DNA of 61,406 nt, the filler included, from Choristocarpus tenellus KU-1152 (lineage: Eukaryota; Protista; Phaeophyceae), in the NCBI GenBank assembly GCA_964200185.2. It is 10 parts of 10 records of this genome, joined end to end, with 100 filler letters (N's around TTAATTAATTAA, not from the genome) between each part and the next. Parts side by side here need not be neighbours in the genome. Positions count along the whole stretch, not along the records: positions 34,428 to 39,830 come from CAXNAD020010901.1; positions 39,931 to 44,416 come from CAXNAD020014333.1; positions 44,517 to 50,048 come from CAXNAD020010500.1; positions 50,149 to 52,936 come from CAXNAD020024758.1; 6 more parts are not named here. One strand, 5' to 3'. Below the pieces are notes generated by a model. That model was not told the origin of the DNA and ran no database searches. It saw only the letters and a program-made list of their open reading frames with translations. Made by a program: the position numbers and the translations under genes. Positions 39,457 to 50,999 of the stretch are shown in pieces (position 1 is the stretch's first letter; each line of letters opens with the position of its first letter).

Positions 39457-39539
39457 TAGGTGGATGTTCTTGGGGGTTTTGGGGGGGTCGCGTATCGCTC
39501 TGGGTTCTTCGATTTTTACCAAATTACTGACTACTCAAG
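35555..39539 (+). CDS. Putative secretory-pathway GT-A fold glycosyltransferase with N-terminal repeat region, 3' truncated
   Basis: Exons 35555-35697, 35815-36400, 36797-37105, 37476/37479-37652, 38510-38581, 38870-39100, 39460-39539. N-terminal hydrophobic segment LIFLVLLFCLA; catalytic region VFSLTTLPSRI, ESLKGQT, DFGPATKLIPVL, IITVDDD (DxD), VDVLGGFGGVAYRSGFF. Confidence 0.82.
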
Positions 39540-40020
39540 GTGAGAAGTGTGGCACAGATTTGCTTACTCCCTTTACAGACCAGTCTACAAAAAAGGATGG
39601 AAGTTCAAACACCCAAAATGATAAAAATAGTTTTGGTGACATTATTATGACATGTGATAAGGTGATACATGCAGCTCCCCTATGCTCAACTTGTCTCAAT
39701 TGCTCTGCAATGGTGAGGTAGTAAGAGCCAGCATATAGTAGCAATTCTGTTCATTGTGGAGGAGGAGGGGGGCAGGGGTGAGTTATCGTGACATGGGGGT
39801 GGGTTCATGTGTGGTGTAATTTGACATAGANNNNNNNNNNNNNNNNNNNNNNNNNNNNNNNNNNNNNNNNNNNNTTAATTAATTAANNNNNNNNNNNNNN
39901 NNNNNNNNNNNNNNNNNNNNNNNNNNNNNNATGTAGCACTACCATTTTTACATGCTGTTGTCCGAGAGCGGCTCGGGGTGCCGACAGCTCACCCTCATGT
40001 ACAGGCACACTTCACTCCAA

Positions 40021-40277
40021 GATCCAAAGAATTTTAGAGGGTACGAGTTTTGCCCTGTTTGTCCATCTGGGGCTTGGCTTCCCATGGGGTTTTATGACAT
40101 TTTCCTACTCCAAAATGTTTAGGAGTAGGTAAAATGTGTATGATATGAAAAGGTATGTCCAGAAGATGGATGTTTACACTTGCTAACAAACATATAGCCA
40201 AAATTACATTAAAAATCGCGACCTTGGATTCTGACCCCCAAATGGACCCGGCTCTACCCGTTAAGATACTTTGGCTC
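40021..40277 (-). mobile_element. MITE family A, complete copy
   Basis: Reverse-complement match to 56918-57173 over its full length; CAA flanks both ends. Confidence 0.85.
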
Positions 40278-40531
40278 CAAGAGTCAAGGCAAGGAGCAGT
40301 TCATAACAACAAGAGCCATACCACAGCCTCAGCATACCACACCGAGACATGGATTTGGACATCAACTCCTAATCTTCAGGGCACAGAACAGCTACGCTTA
40401 AGGTCACTACACGGTTCCACTACAATTCACGCACTACTTTTACGACAATGCATGGCGAAGTTTGATCCACGTAGCACGGACACCATAGGCAAGGCACACT
40501 TACACTATATTACACATTATAGGCACTATGC

Positions 40532-40790
40532 GACCCAAAGCATTTTATGGTTAGGGCTGCGTCCGTTGTGGGTCATAATCCCATTGTTGTGATTTTGATT
40601 AATTTTGGCTATCATGGTTTTTAGCAAGTGTCAATATCTATGTCCCACACACGCCTTTCGTACTTGTATACATTTTAGGTAAACTGTGTTGACACAGAAA
40701 ACCGAAAAAGGGCTTACAAAACCTGTGGGAAGCCAAACCCCAAACAGACAAACAGGATATAACTCCTACCCTCATAAAACTCTTTCGGTC
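40532..40790 (+). mobile_element. Diverged MITE family A relative
   Basis: TIRs GACCCAAAGCATTTTATG / CATAAAACTCTTTCGGTC; interior colinear with family A (TTAGCAAGTGTCAATATC, GGAAGCCAAACCCCAAACAGACAAACAGG); similar length (259 bp). Confidence 0.7.
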
Positions 40791-40981
40791 TACATGCACT
40801 CCTGCTGAAAAACGTCAATGCAATCAACCAACTTCGAGAGCACACTAGAACAAGCAATCTGAAATATATATTCTGCGTCAAAGCACATGTACTTACATTG
40901 CATGCATGAGCCTTTAAGCAACACAAGAACACACTATTCCGCTCATGCAAAGTACTACATCATACACATACACATCAGTCA

Positions 40982-43900
40982 CAAGGAAACTGGTGGATGT
41001 TCAGACTATCAAAATCATCAAGGAAAGTAGCTACTGAACCAAGGACAGTACCTGATCCCTGCTGTTGAGGATATCATCGGCAACCATTTATTGGTGACAT
41101 ATTGTACTTCCTGTTCGTGCAATACACATTAGCCCACCAGAGGGACCACAACAAAGATCCTATTGCCAGCGATTTCCTCAAACACAACCTCTACAACAAT
41201 TTCTTTGAAGTACGACGGTCAAAAAATACCACTTTAGTTACCACGTACTCTCTCCACCATGCAAGGTACATTACTCGCTACCATGAGAGGACACAAAACC
41301 AGCCACGGCAAGAAAGTGTCCCAAACTAGTTGGATCAAGGGAGTTGTTGCGTGCTCTCGTGATTCCTTCGTGATGCAGGTGCCAGGAACTGTCTAGTCAT
41401 GTTTACTACTAGTGCGAGCGGAGATCGTCTTCTCTCCCTTTGCTCATTACATGGCTTAGTTTAATTCCTGAACCTGAAGGCAAGTCTTCGGCGGTTCCTG
41501 ACATCAGCACCCAGGGCTATAACGATGGTATTCACCCACCACTGGTGTGAAGAATTGTTGTTGTCAGTGTCGCTTTTATGATCGTAGGTCAAGCAGAAGT
41601 TGACGAAGAAGTGTGAATTGACGGTGTCAGTGAGGTCACAGACAGACACCGATCCATTGGTCGGTAAATGAGGGAGTTGAAGATGTTGAAGTTGACTTCG
41701 ATGGTCCCTCTCCTTATAGCTATCTCCCCATCCGGTGAGGAGTCGTAGGGATCTATCTGGTGGTGAATTGAAGTCAACATCAATGGATGTGCTTCTTGTG
41801 TCACCATGAATGAACATCGAGATCGTCCTGTTCCTGTTGTTGTTGGTAGTGAAATCTTGCTCTTCTGCTGCCGTGACGGAAGGGGTCAAAAGTTGATGGT
41901 AACGATGAGCGGTAGCAAGTTTGTTATTTTCCCACATCATAGTTTCAGAGGAATCGAAACTTCAAAACTCTCAGTTATCAGTAAGCAACGGATCACACGG
42001 GTAAGCTAATAGCAACAGGCCAAGTACATTTGGGGGAATGTGCAACCTCACATATACTTGTGCACCATACAACTGTATGGTCCTTAGGAATTTAAGCTCC
42101 ACACAAAGAAATACCAAGCATTAGGTTCTTACAACGCCTTCGAACTGAAAAGTACAGAGATGGCCATAACTCGCTCTTATAGTACTACTGCTAATCGATT
42201 TTGGATGGTACAAAGGGTCTTACGTGGGTTTGATTTGTCGACGTAATTAATGGTCTTGTTTATATATTGTGTTGTGATCGACAGTACCACCATCAGCGCA
42301 AGAAGAACACGTATATATACATTGTAGCAACATCATTTTCTTCGCTGATATACTCACGGTTTGTTGGTTTTCCATCACTCTTTCTCACATCCTTACGCCA
42401 CATAACAATAAAAGTTGAATATTGTGATTCTATAGTACTATCATATCATCTTGGTCTACGTCAACTTGAAGTGGCGTTTATTTTTTTATTGTCGGAGATT
42501 TCGATGTCTCGCACCCCACCCACCACATCTCACTAACTCCCATCCCCAGCCAGCCACTTGAGTGGTCAAGCAGCTTCCTTGTCTCCTCGTTCTTGTGCTT
42601 TGCAAGGTCACTATTGTGTTCTGGGTTTTTCCTTCACTCTTCCTTCCCTAAAACAACAATACTCCATCGATCTCTTCTGTACGAGCATTGGGGAAAAATA
42701 TCAACTCAAACTAGTCGGAACAGGTGTGTTCTCCTTGTTCTTCCCCTCGAAATTTGTATCATAATCCATCCTTGTGTTCATACTTTCGCACACTTGGCTT
42801 CCCCAAAATGCCACGACAAGCTCTTGCTGACACACATTCTCCATACACCTACGTAAGTATGAGATGTTGGCGTCCCCTTGCACCCTTGGCAGCTTGATTT
42901 TCTCAACTTCTACATCACCCCCCACACCTGCCGTGAGATAGTCTAACCTAGGTACCCACCCTTTCAATACCAATCATTTAATTCCTCAAGGTCTGCTATG
43001 CTACTCCTGCTACAATGCATATCCACCTTCTTCTTGCGCTGATGGTGGTACTGTCGACCGCACCACAAAGTATAAACGAGACCATAAATTACATGGACAA
43101 CTCCAACCCAGGTAAGCCTCTTTGTACCATCCAAAGTCAGCATTTCAATAGGCAGTAGTGCTATTAGAGAGAGCTAGTGCAATCTCTGTACTTGTTAGTT
43201 CCAAGGCGTTGCAAGAGCCTAATGCTTGATACTTCTTTGTGAGGAGCTTGAATTCCTGAGGATGATAAAATTGTATGGTGCACAAGTGTATGTAAGTCTG
43301 CATGTCCCCCCAACTGTACTTGGCTCATTACTACTAGCTCACCCATGTGATGCATTGCTCACTGATAACTCAGAGTTTTGAAACTTCCTCTCCTCTGAAA
43401 GTATCAGGTGGGAAGAGAACCAAATTTCCACCCCTCACCGTTATCATCAACTCTTCACTCCTTTCCTCACGGCAACAGAAGAACACGAAATCACCAAAAA
43501 CAACTACAGCGGCAGCAAGATCCTGATATTCTTTCATGGTGACACAAGAAGCACATCCACCGACGTCAACTTCAACTCACTGCAAGATCCCTATGACTCC
43601 TCACCGGATGGGGAAATGGTTACAGGAGAGAGAACACTGAAGGCGACTTCAGCATCTTCGACTCCATCATCTACTGACCCCTCGAAACGGTGTCTGTTTG
43701 CCACCTCACTGACATCATCAATTCACACATCATCGAATAAATTCCCTCGAACCTACGGCGATACAAGCGACAATAACAACAACAATTCCTCATGTCAGTG
43801 GTGGGCGGATACCATTGTCATGGCCCTGGGTGCTGTTGTCAGGAACTGCTTCAGATGTGCCTTCAGGTTCAGGAATGAACCAAACGCATGTAATGGGCGA

Positions 43901-44370
43901 AGGGAGAGAAGGCGCTCTACCTTCACTCACTTGATAAACTCGGGTTGACGGTTCCTCGTACATGCATCATGAAGGAACTGCGAGTGTGCACAACAGCTCC
44001 CTTGATCCAACTAGTTTGGAACATGTTCTTGTCGTGACTGGTGTTGCGTCCTCTCATGGTAGCGAGTAATGTACCTTGCATGGTGGAGAGAGTACGTGGT
44101 AGCTAAAGTGGTATTTTTTTTACTGTTGTACTTCAAAGAAATTGTTACAGAGGTTGTGTTCGAGGAAATTGCTGGCAATAGGACGTTTGTTGTGGTCCCT
44201 CTTGTGGCCTCATGTTTATTGCACAAACAAGAATCCATGATATGTCCCCAATGAATGGTTTGCAATAGTTTTCAATGATATCCTCAACAGCAGGGATAAG
44301 GTGCTGTATTTGGTTCAGTAACTACTCTCTTTGGTTGTTTTGGTAACCTGAGCATCCACCACATCCTTGA
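40982..44370. repeat. Large inverted duplication, arms ~40982-42307 and ~43028-44370, spacer ~720 bp
   Basis: Colinear reverse-complement blocks throughout, e.g. TACCACGTACTCTCTCCACCATGCAAGGTACATTACTCGCTACCATGAGAGGAC, CCAAACTAGTTGGATCAAGGGAG, and inner end GACAGTACCACCATCAGCGCAAGAAGAA. Arms differ by many substitutions and indels. Confidence 0.9.
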
Positions 44371-44516
44371 AAAATGCCACAATATGTTGTTCGATTAGAC
44401 TCTTCCAACTCTATCGNNNNNNNNNNNNNNNNNNNNNNNNNNNNNNNNNNNNNNNNNNNNTTAATTAATTAANNNNNNNNNNNNNNNNNNNNNNNNNNNN
44501 NNNNNNNNNNNNNNNN

Positions 44517-47500
44517 GTGTCAACAAACAGAATATGACCCCACTGCATGAGTGGGATCGGCCTACTAGGAGGGGCAAACACTTGGACTATATCGGTCGCC
44601 ATGCCATCTCTTCTGTGGACATGCCTTGGGCAAAGGCTGATCAACTGTCAACCACTAGCAGCGAGGGCTCTTTAGGTGGTCAATTCACAATGACCTCTCT
44701 CATTGCGGAGAGGATTGTGTCACAGCAAGCTCAAGAGTCTGCTGTAAGGAAGGGCATGCCTGGGCAAGAGGCAAGGGCAGGCATCCGTATCCGTAGGAAC
44801 ACATCAGAGGTGATGTCTCTTGCTGGTGATGAAGAAGATGTAGTTCAGGGGACCTTGGACGCCGTAGCCTCTCGTGCTGGGTTGCCTATTAATGAGCCTA
44901 AGGTATGCCCTACGAAGGACAATAGGGAGATAGGTGTGTCAGAACAGGAGCAGGGAGTAAAGCAAGAGTCAGAGATAGAGAGGGTGGAAGATGAGGTGAT
45001 GGTGCTGAAAGAGGAAAGGGCAAATGAGCCCAATGAAGAAGGGGTCAGGGTGGGAGGCGGTATAACTACAGGAGAGGAGGCTGAGATACTAGCACAGGAA
45101 ATCAACAGGAGCAAGGTCATGGTGAGTGATGCTGAGGCTGAGGGGCAAACTGACGGCAACATGGGAAACAGTGGGAGGTATGGGGGGGATGCAAGACTTG
45201 GTAGACTTCCTGAGCTGAACCCAGTCAGGGTACCGATGAGGCGATGGACTGAGCAGCACCAACTTTACCAGAATGGAAATGAGAACGATGTGGGTAGGGG
45301 GAGTGACGAGGGTCATGAGGGTACAGGGTGGGGTGGACGCCCCCGACTGAGCCCGGCGGCGCTGGCGATGCAGCTGTCGACAGAGCAAAGCCTTCAGGAT
45401 GGCTTGCACCAGGCGGAGCTGGAGGTTGTGGGACTGCAGGCTGAACAAGGAGCGCTTGGCGTGCAGCACGAGGCATACCTGAACTCCTTGCTGCTTCGCC
45501 GCCAGAGGATGCAGACTCTCATGCTTAATAGGGTAAGCAAGCACTCTTGCCCTTCCTATGTTACACGCTGCCCTTGTGATTCATGTAGAATTCCAGAGTA
45601 CAGGATGATGAGGTGGGGGTGGTGTGGCTTAAGGTTTGCGTTTGCTGTTTAGTTTTGTTGTTGAATTGAAGTCAGGCAGTGGGTGGGACATCTTCATGTG
45701 GCCCGCACGAGACTGTACGATCGGTGCCCTCTTGCTTTTTATTCTTTTTGTTGTCTGGAGCTTTGAGGACAACAACAGCCCATCTTTACCCCGTGATTTG
45801 GAGCCGTTGACTTTGGCGACGAATTTTCTTATCCCCTGGGCTGTAGGTTTTGGTGTGTGGTGTGTGGTGTGTGCAGCCCAACCCCAAATTTTGTCATGGA
45901 GTTGATGATGTTTTCGCTCTCCTGTATTGACAGTATGTTTGGGTCTGAACTGCTGCCCGGAAGTCTTACTTGACTTGAGAAGATTTCCATGCTGCTCAAA
46001 ATGAGGCTGAAACAGCAGGATGCAAGGATTGTGTCAGGTCTCTGCTCTTGTCCATTGTTTGTGTACAGCGAGCAAGACTTCCCAAGCCTCCGTAGAAATG
46101 ACACTGCTAGAGATTTACTCCCGGCTATTCGTAATCAGTGTAGGTGTGTGCTGCGCTTACAATCTCCTTGGAACCTTCCCATTGTGGAGCCCCTGCTGAG
46201 GTATACTCGGGATCACAAAGGAGCTTGAAAGTGTTCTCAATATCCAGCATATCCTCTATGTGATCAAGAGTTATGCATCTTAGGCAATGAGCAGTGTTGA
46301 AACTCTTGATGAAGTGTATGCAGACCCCCTTTCACTTATTTCTCCCAGTAGCCTCACCGCCTCGCAGCCCTAACCCCAATACCTCTCATTTCCCTCTCTG
46401 TTGTCTTTCTGCCTCAACCAACATCTGGTGACTCACCACTTCTTCATGTGTTGACCTCACATTTTTCTTGCCAGGGCGCTCTAAGAAGAGGAACGCCACC
46501 GTCAGCATTGGCAGCTGCACCTGAACCTGAGAATGCTGCTTCCGCTGCAGCTGCTGTGGGGGCTGCGGCAGGGGCTGCTGCACGGGCAGCAGCTGTTGCA
46601 GCTGAACGGGCTGTGATGAGGAGGGATAGTGCAGCAGAAGCACTTAGCGCACTGCTGGAGGCAGCAGGGTCAGCAGGAGGTGGCAGTGCGGCAGTTGCTG
46701 CTGCTGCTGCTGATGCTATGGAGTTGAACAAGGAAAATAACCTTGAAGAGGAAAAGCAGTGCAGGATGAATGGGAAAGAGGCGAACATGGATGTTGCCCC
46801 TTGGTGAGGAAATTGTACAAGTGTTTTAATGTATTGTGGGAAAGGGTAGGTGTTGCGTGGGAAATTATTGTAGGATGAAAGAGGAGTGTTAACGAGTTTG
46901 GTAACAGTGGTGCAATACAGGAGGTTAAGAAATTCGATTGGTGGAAATGTTACCCCTCACTCTTGGTGTAGCTCCCAGGGCAGTGATTTTGGGTGAACAT
47001 GTTTTGTCGTTTAGTGATAGTTTGAGTTGTGACATGACTATGATCGATACAACCTGTGGTGTCCTTCACATGGACTTGCAGTTTCAAGTGCTGATTGTGG
47101 GTGGGTGTTTTCTCAGTAGCAGATGGTGCAGTTCAACAGCGTTTGTCCTTTGTGTGTTGTATATGGTACTTGTAGAAGTTAGTTGTTGATTGCTATTGGT
47201 GTTCAAGTCTGTCCTTCAGGTCTCTATTTTGCCCATTACTGAGGTTGACTTTCTGTTTTCACTTTCCTTCAGGGAGGATAAGCGCAGTTGGTCTCAAGGT
47301 GACCAGGAGCTGGAAGCAGAAGAACTGACAAACTTTCATCGTGGAGGGGAGGGGAGGCAGCCTGCACATGAGGTGGTAGACAATGGAATGGGTGTGCCTT
47401 GGAGATCAGGGAACGCCCACAGTACTGACGACAGCCCCCTCGACAGCATTGTACCATTGGAGTCTTGTCAGAAGGAAGAGGAAGATGGGCGCATGGGTGT

Positions 47501-49847
47501 GAATAGTCGTCATTGGGTGCCAACGTCCGGTGTGTTTCCCCTCCAGGATGTAAATGGCACGGGTGGTGAGAAGGTGACAGAGTCCTGTGATAGTAAGAGC
47601 ACTGCAGACAGAGAAATGCAGCAAATTCAATCGTTAGAGACCTCAACGTCTGATGTCTTTCCCGAAGAGATGGAAACGCTTAGCTCTGAGGTGGATTTTC
47701 AGATTTCCAAAACAGAGACAGTACCTGCGCCTGAGGCAGTTGTTGCTGGGGAGGAGGAAGAGGAAGTAGCTCTGGGAGAAGAGGGATTGAGTGAGGAGGG
47801 AGTGGTGCAGGTTATCGAGTTGTCTACATCCGTGGCAAGAATGGAGCAAGTGCAGCACCCAGAGCTCTCTTCTGAGGTAGAGGAAGTGTGTGAGGACGTA
47901 AGTGGTGTTTCCATGGGCGCACCGCAAAGGAGTGGAAGTGGGGTCAATGGCACAGAAGGGCATCTTCTCATGTCGGGGGGCAGTGATGTTGGCATTAACC
48001 ACCTTAGCTCAGAGTACAACAGCTCCTTTGAGGTTGCTGAGCTGGCCACTGTTGTTGCTTGTGAATCAAGTGAAGCTCTTGAAGTTGAAGGTAGCAATGA
48101 CGATAATGGTGTTCCTGAAGACCTCTCGGCCGTGCTGTTTACCAACAGTGCGGGCATGAGTAGTGAGGAAGTGGGTTTGCCGTCAAATGAATCTCCCGTT
48201 GTTGTCATTGAGAATACTGTGCAGCCCCTGAGAGTTTCTCTTGGATCTGCTTCGAATGATGATGTAGCTTCCATGGAGGAGGGTGTCAGTGAAGCAAATT
48301 GCGACCATTCACCGGAGGAAGTTTCTAACCATGAGTTGTCTGTGAAATCGTTAGAGATGGCAGGGACTGTGAGTAGCCCTCCCATCGATGAGGTTGAGGA
48401 AGCATGTTCCACTGATGAAGATTACAGTAGCAGAATGGACAACTTGGAACCCACCAGTAGTACCAGTGTTGATGAAAACATAGCCTTGGAAGAGTTGGGT
48501 TTTGGGGAGATGAAGAATCAAAGGGCAGATGACAGGTCAGACACTGGTGACGAGAGCATCGTGTCAGAAGAAATTTTGAATTCAGCGGTGTCAAGTATGA
48601 GTGTTTCAGGTGTTGTGAATGAAATTGTGTCCTCTGGTGAGGTTGGGGCGAGCACAGGTCCAGTTGAGCTCGGGGTAGATGAGAAGGATAGTCAACAAGG
48701 AGGGAAGGTTGAGGTCGATGAGGACTGCTGTTCCCAGAACGAGGTGTCAGAAGAGGTTCCACCATCAGAGAAGTCAGATGTGAGCAAGGTGGATGTGAAA
48801 CAGATCCCGCCAGACAATCAGGCATTCCCTGAAGCAAGCTTTGCAGAGGTAGGGCAATGGGTGTTTGGATCAAGGATTGATAGTGATGGTCCGGGGGAGT
48901 TGAATATGCTGTTAAGGCTGCTCCAGCTGACCTACTTCCCTTTAGGAGTGTTTTCATTAGTAGAACTGCTTGCAAACCAGTAAGTTAGTCTCACTAACCC
49001 CCTGTCTGCGCCGTTTCTGCACCAGTACCTGCTGAATAATCCAACATGGATTAGACCTGGACGAAACCAACACACTAATGTGTCGTCTTGTTATATTTCG
49101 TGCTCTTTGTTTCCCAAGGGTTTGGTCACCAATCCTGAGGAGGTGGAGGTGGAGACTGGGGCAGGGGCAGGGTGTGACAAGAGTAGTGGCAAGGATGAGG
49201 ATACCTCTTGGACACCTTGTTCAGATGACAGTGGAGTGTTCACACGCAAGAGCACTGATATTGATAGCAACAATTGTATTGATATTGGCAACAGGGAGCA
49301 GAGTGTGACAGTGGCAAGGGCAGAGAACAGGTCATCCCACTTCCAGAATCCTCCTCTTCCCCCGACACCCGTACCATCTTTAGGGTATAGCCTTCTTAAC
49401 AATAATGGCTACACGGAAGCCCAGCAATGTGCTGAGGGTCCACCACTGGCAGACTGGATTAGGGGGGGTGGGGCAGTGGAGGGTGGTAGGGTACGTTCTT
49501 CTTTGCATGGGCCTACCCCTGCAATGATGATTGCAATGGCTAAGGCCACTGATGATGGAGAAGACTCATTTGGGAGCAGAAGCAGTGGGTTGGATGACAC
49601 GGTAGAGAGCCAGCTGGTCCAAGAAGATGAGCACATCCTTGAGAAAGAGAGTGCTGCTGCTGTGCATCTTCAGGCCCTTTTTAGGGGTATCTCTGGTCGT
49701 GCGAGAGCCCGGTCAGCTCATCTCCTGCAGAGGTTGGCAGCAACGACGGTGGAGTCGGGGGTGGGCACTGTATCCGAGGACTCGTTTGCAAGCGAAAATA
49801 GTCAGGACTTGGACGTTCACGGATCAGAAACGGCAAAGGTGATGAAG
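44517..49847 (+). CDS. Large acidic low-complexity protein with IQ calmodulin-binding motif, partial at both ends
   Basis: Exons <44517-45532, 46475-46803, 47273-48848, 49119-49838/49847 splice in phase. Contains a coiled-coil-like segment, an Ala-rich exon, a long E/S/V-rich exon and AAVHLQALFRGISGRARAR (IQ motif). Confidence 0.78.
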
Positions 49848-49942
49848 GTGATTGTTGTTGTAGTGCTTGAGGGGTACCAGGGTGATGTAGGCCACTGTGG
49901 TGTTGGTACGAGGTACTGTATTTACTGTCTCTCTTTTGTACT

Positions 49943-50048
49943 GGGTCAAAGTATCTGGGGGGGGGGGGGGGGTTTGTGAGGGGGCGTCCGTTTCGGTCAA
50001 ACCACGTTTTTTTTTTCTGTCATTTCAAATCCGACACGTGCGACCAAA
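49943..50048 (+). mobile_element. Left TIR of a family B-related element at contig end
   Basis: GGGTCAAAGTATCTGGGGGG matches the family B terminus. Confidence 0.55.
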
Positions 50049-50689
50049 NNNNNNNNNNNNNNNNNNNNNNNNNNNNNNNNNNNNNNNNNNNNTTAATTAA
50101 TTAANNNNNNNNNNNNNNNNNNNNNNNNNNNNNNNNNNNNNNNNNNNNGAGGTAATGCTATTTGTTAGTAGTGAAGATAAGAAGGTGTGAAGCCTCACTC
50201 GACCCCCTTTGCTGAACGTGATTACATGGTTGTAATTGGAAAAGTGACCTTGAGTGGTCTCTTCTCATTGCTTGTTTATTATTTATTTGTGCTTCCTATC
50301 TAAGTCAACGGTTATGTCAAAGTAGTTGAATGCAGAATAAATATCAAGACATAATCCCATACATAATCCCATACATAATCCGGATGTACTATCTCATTAT
50401 TTTCATCACATGGACTCAATTCAACACAATAATCTCATATACACAAAATAAGGTACACTTCACAATTGTCCTATTTTGCACAGGTAGGGTCTTTCAATCC
50501 CCACAGTCCGCCCACAACAGCCACTTTGGGAAGAGAGACCGAAGCATGTACAAGTCATACAGAGATGCGCTCATTGGTCAACTCTTTGTATGGAAGGGTG
50601 CAGGGTTAAATTTGTGCCAGCTTACTGGGATGTTCTTTTTTTCCCTCTTCATTACAATGTGGAGCAAACCAGGCATTTTTTTAATTTTT

Positions 50690-50864
50690 GGGTCAAAGTA
50701 CCTGGGGGGGTGGCGGCTGTCCATTTGGGGACAATTTTTTCATGTCACGATTTTGGGTGATTTGGTTCCATACGTTGGATGGATAATGAAAGTTCACTTT
50801 TCCAGGTTTTCGTCCAAATTGACACTCTGGTGTAGACCCCCCCCCCCCACAGATACTTTGGGTC
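50690..50864 (+). mobile_element. MITE family B, complete 175-bp copy
   Basis: TIRs GGGTCAAAGTACCTGGGGG / CCCCCACAGATACTTTGGGTC; T runs on both flanks. Confidence 0.8.
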
Positions 50865-50999
50865 TTTTTTTTGACTAAAATGGAGGTGGTTTTCTGATGT
50901 GTGCGCTTTCCACACGTTGGACATATTACGAACGATATAACTAATATTTGTGCTTGACAAATCGTAGGTAGTGTATATTTAGTTGTAGTTTATCGGTTT

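Noticed and set aside
19356-39539. MoeA, hydrolase, FUN14 and glycosyltransferase as a functional cluster
   Set aside because: They lie on three different contigs separated by artificial spacers and share no pathway.
44845-49636. Many long minus-strand ORFs (up to 237 aa)
   Set aside because: Antisense shadows of the low-complexity plus-strand exons.
50330-50878. 182-aa ORF
   Set aside because: Made of a 12-bp tandem repeat, AT-rich sequence and a family B MITE; no protein motif.
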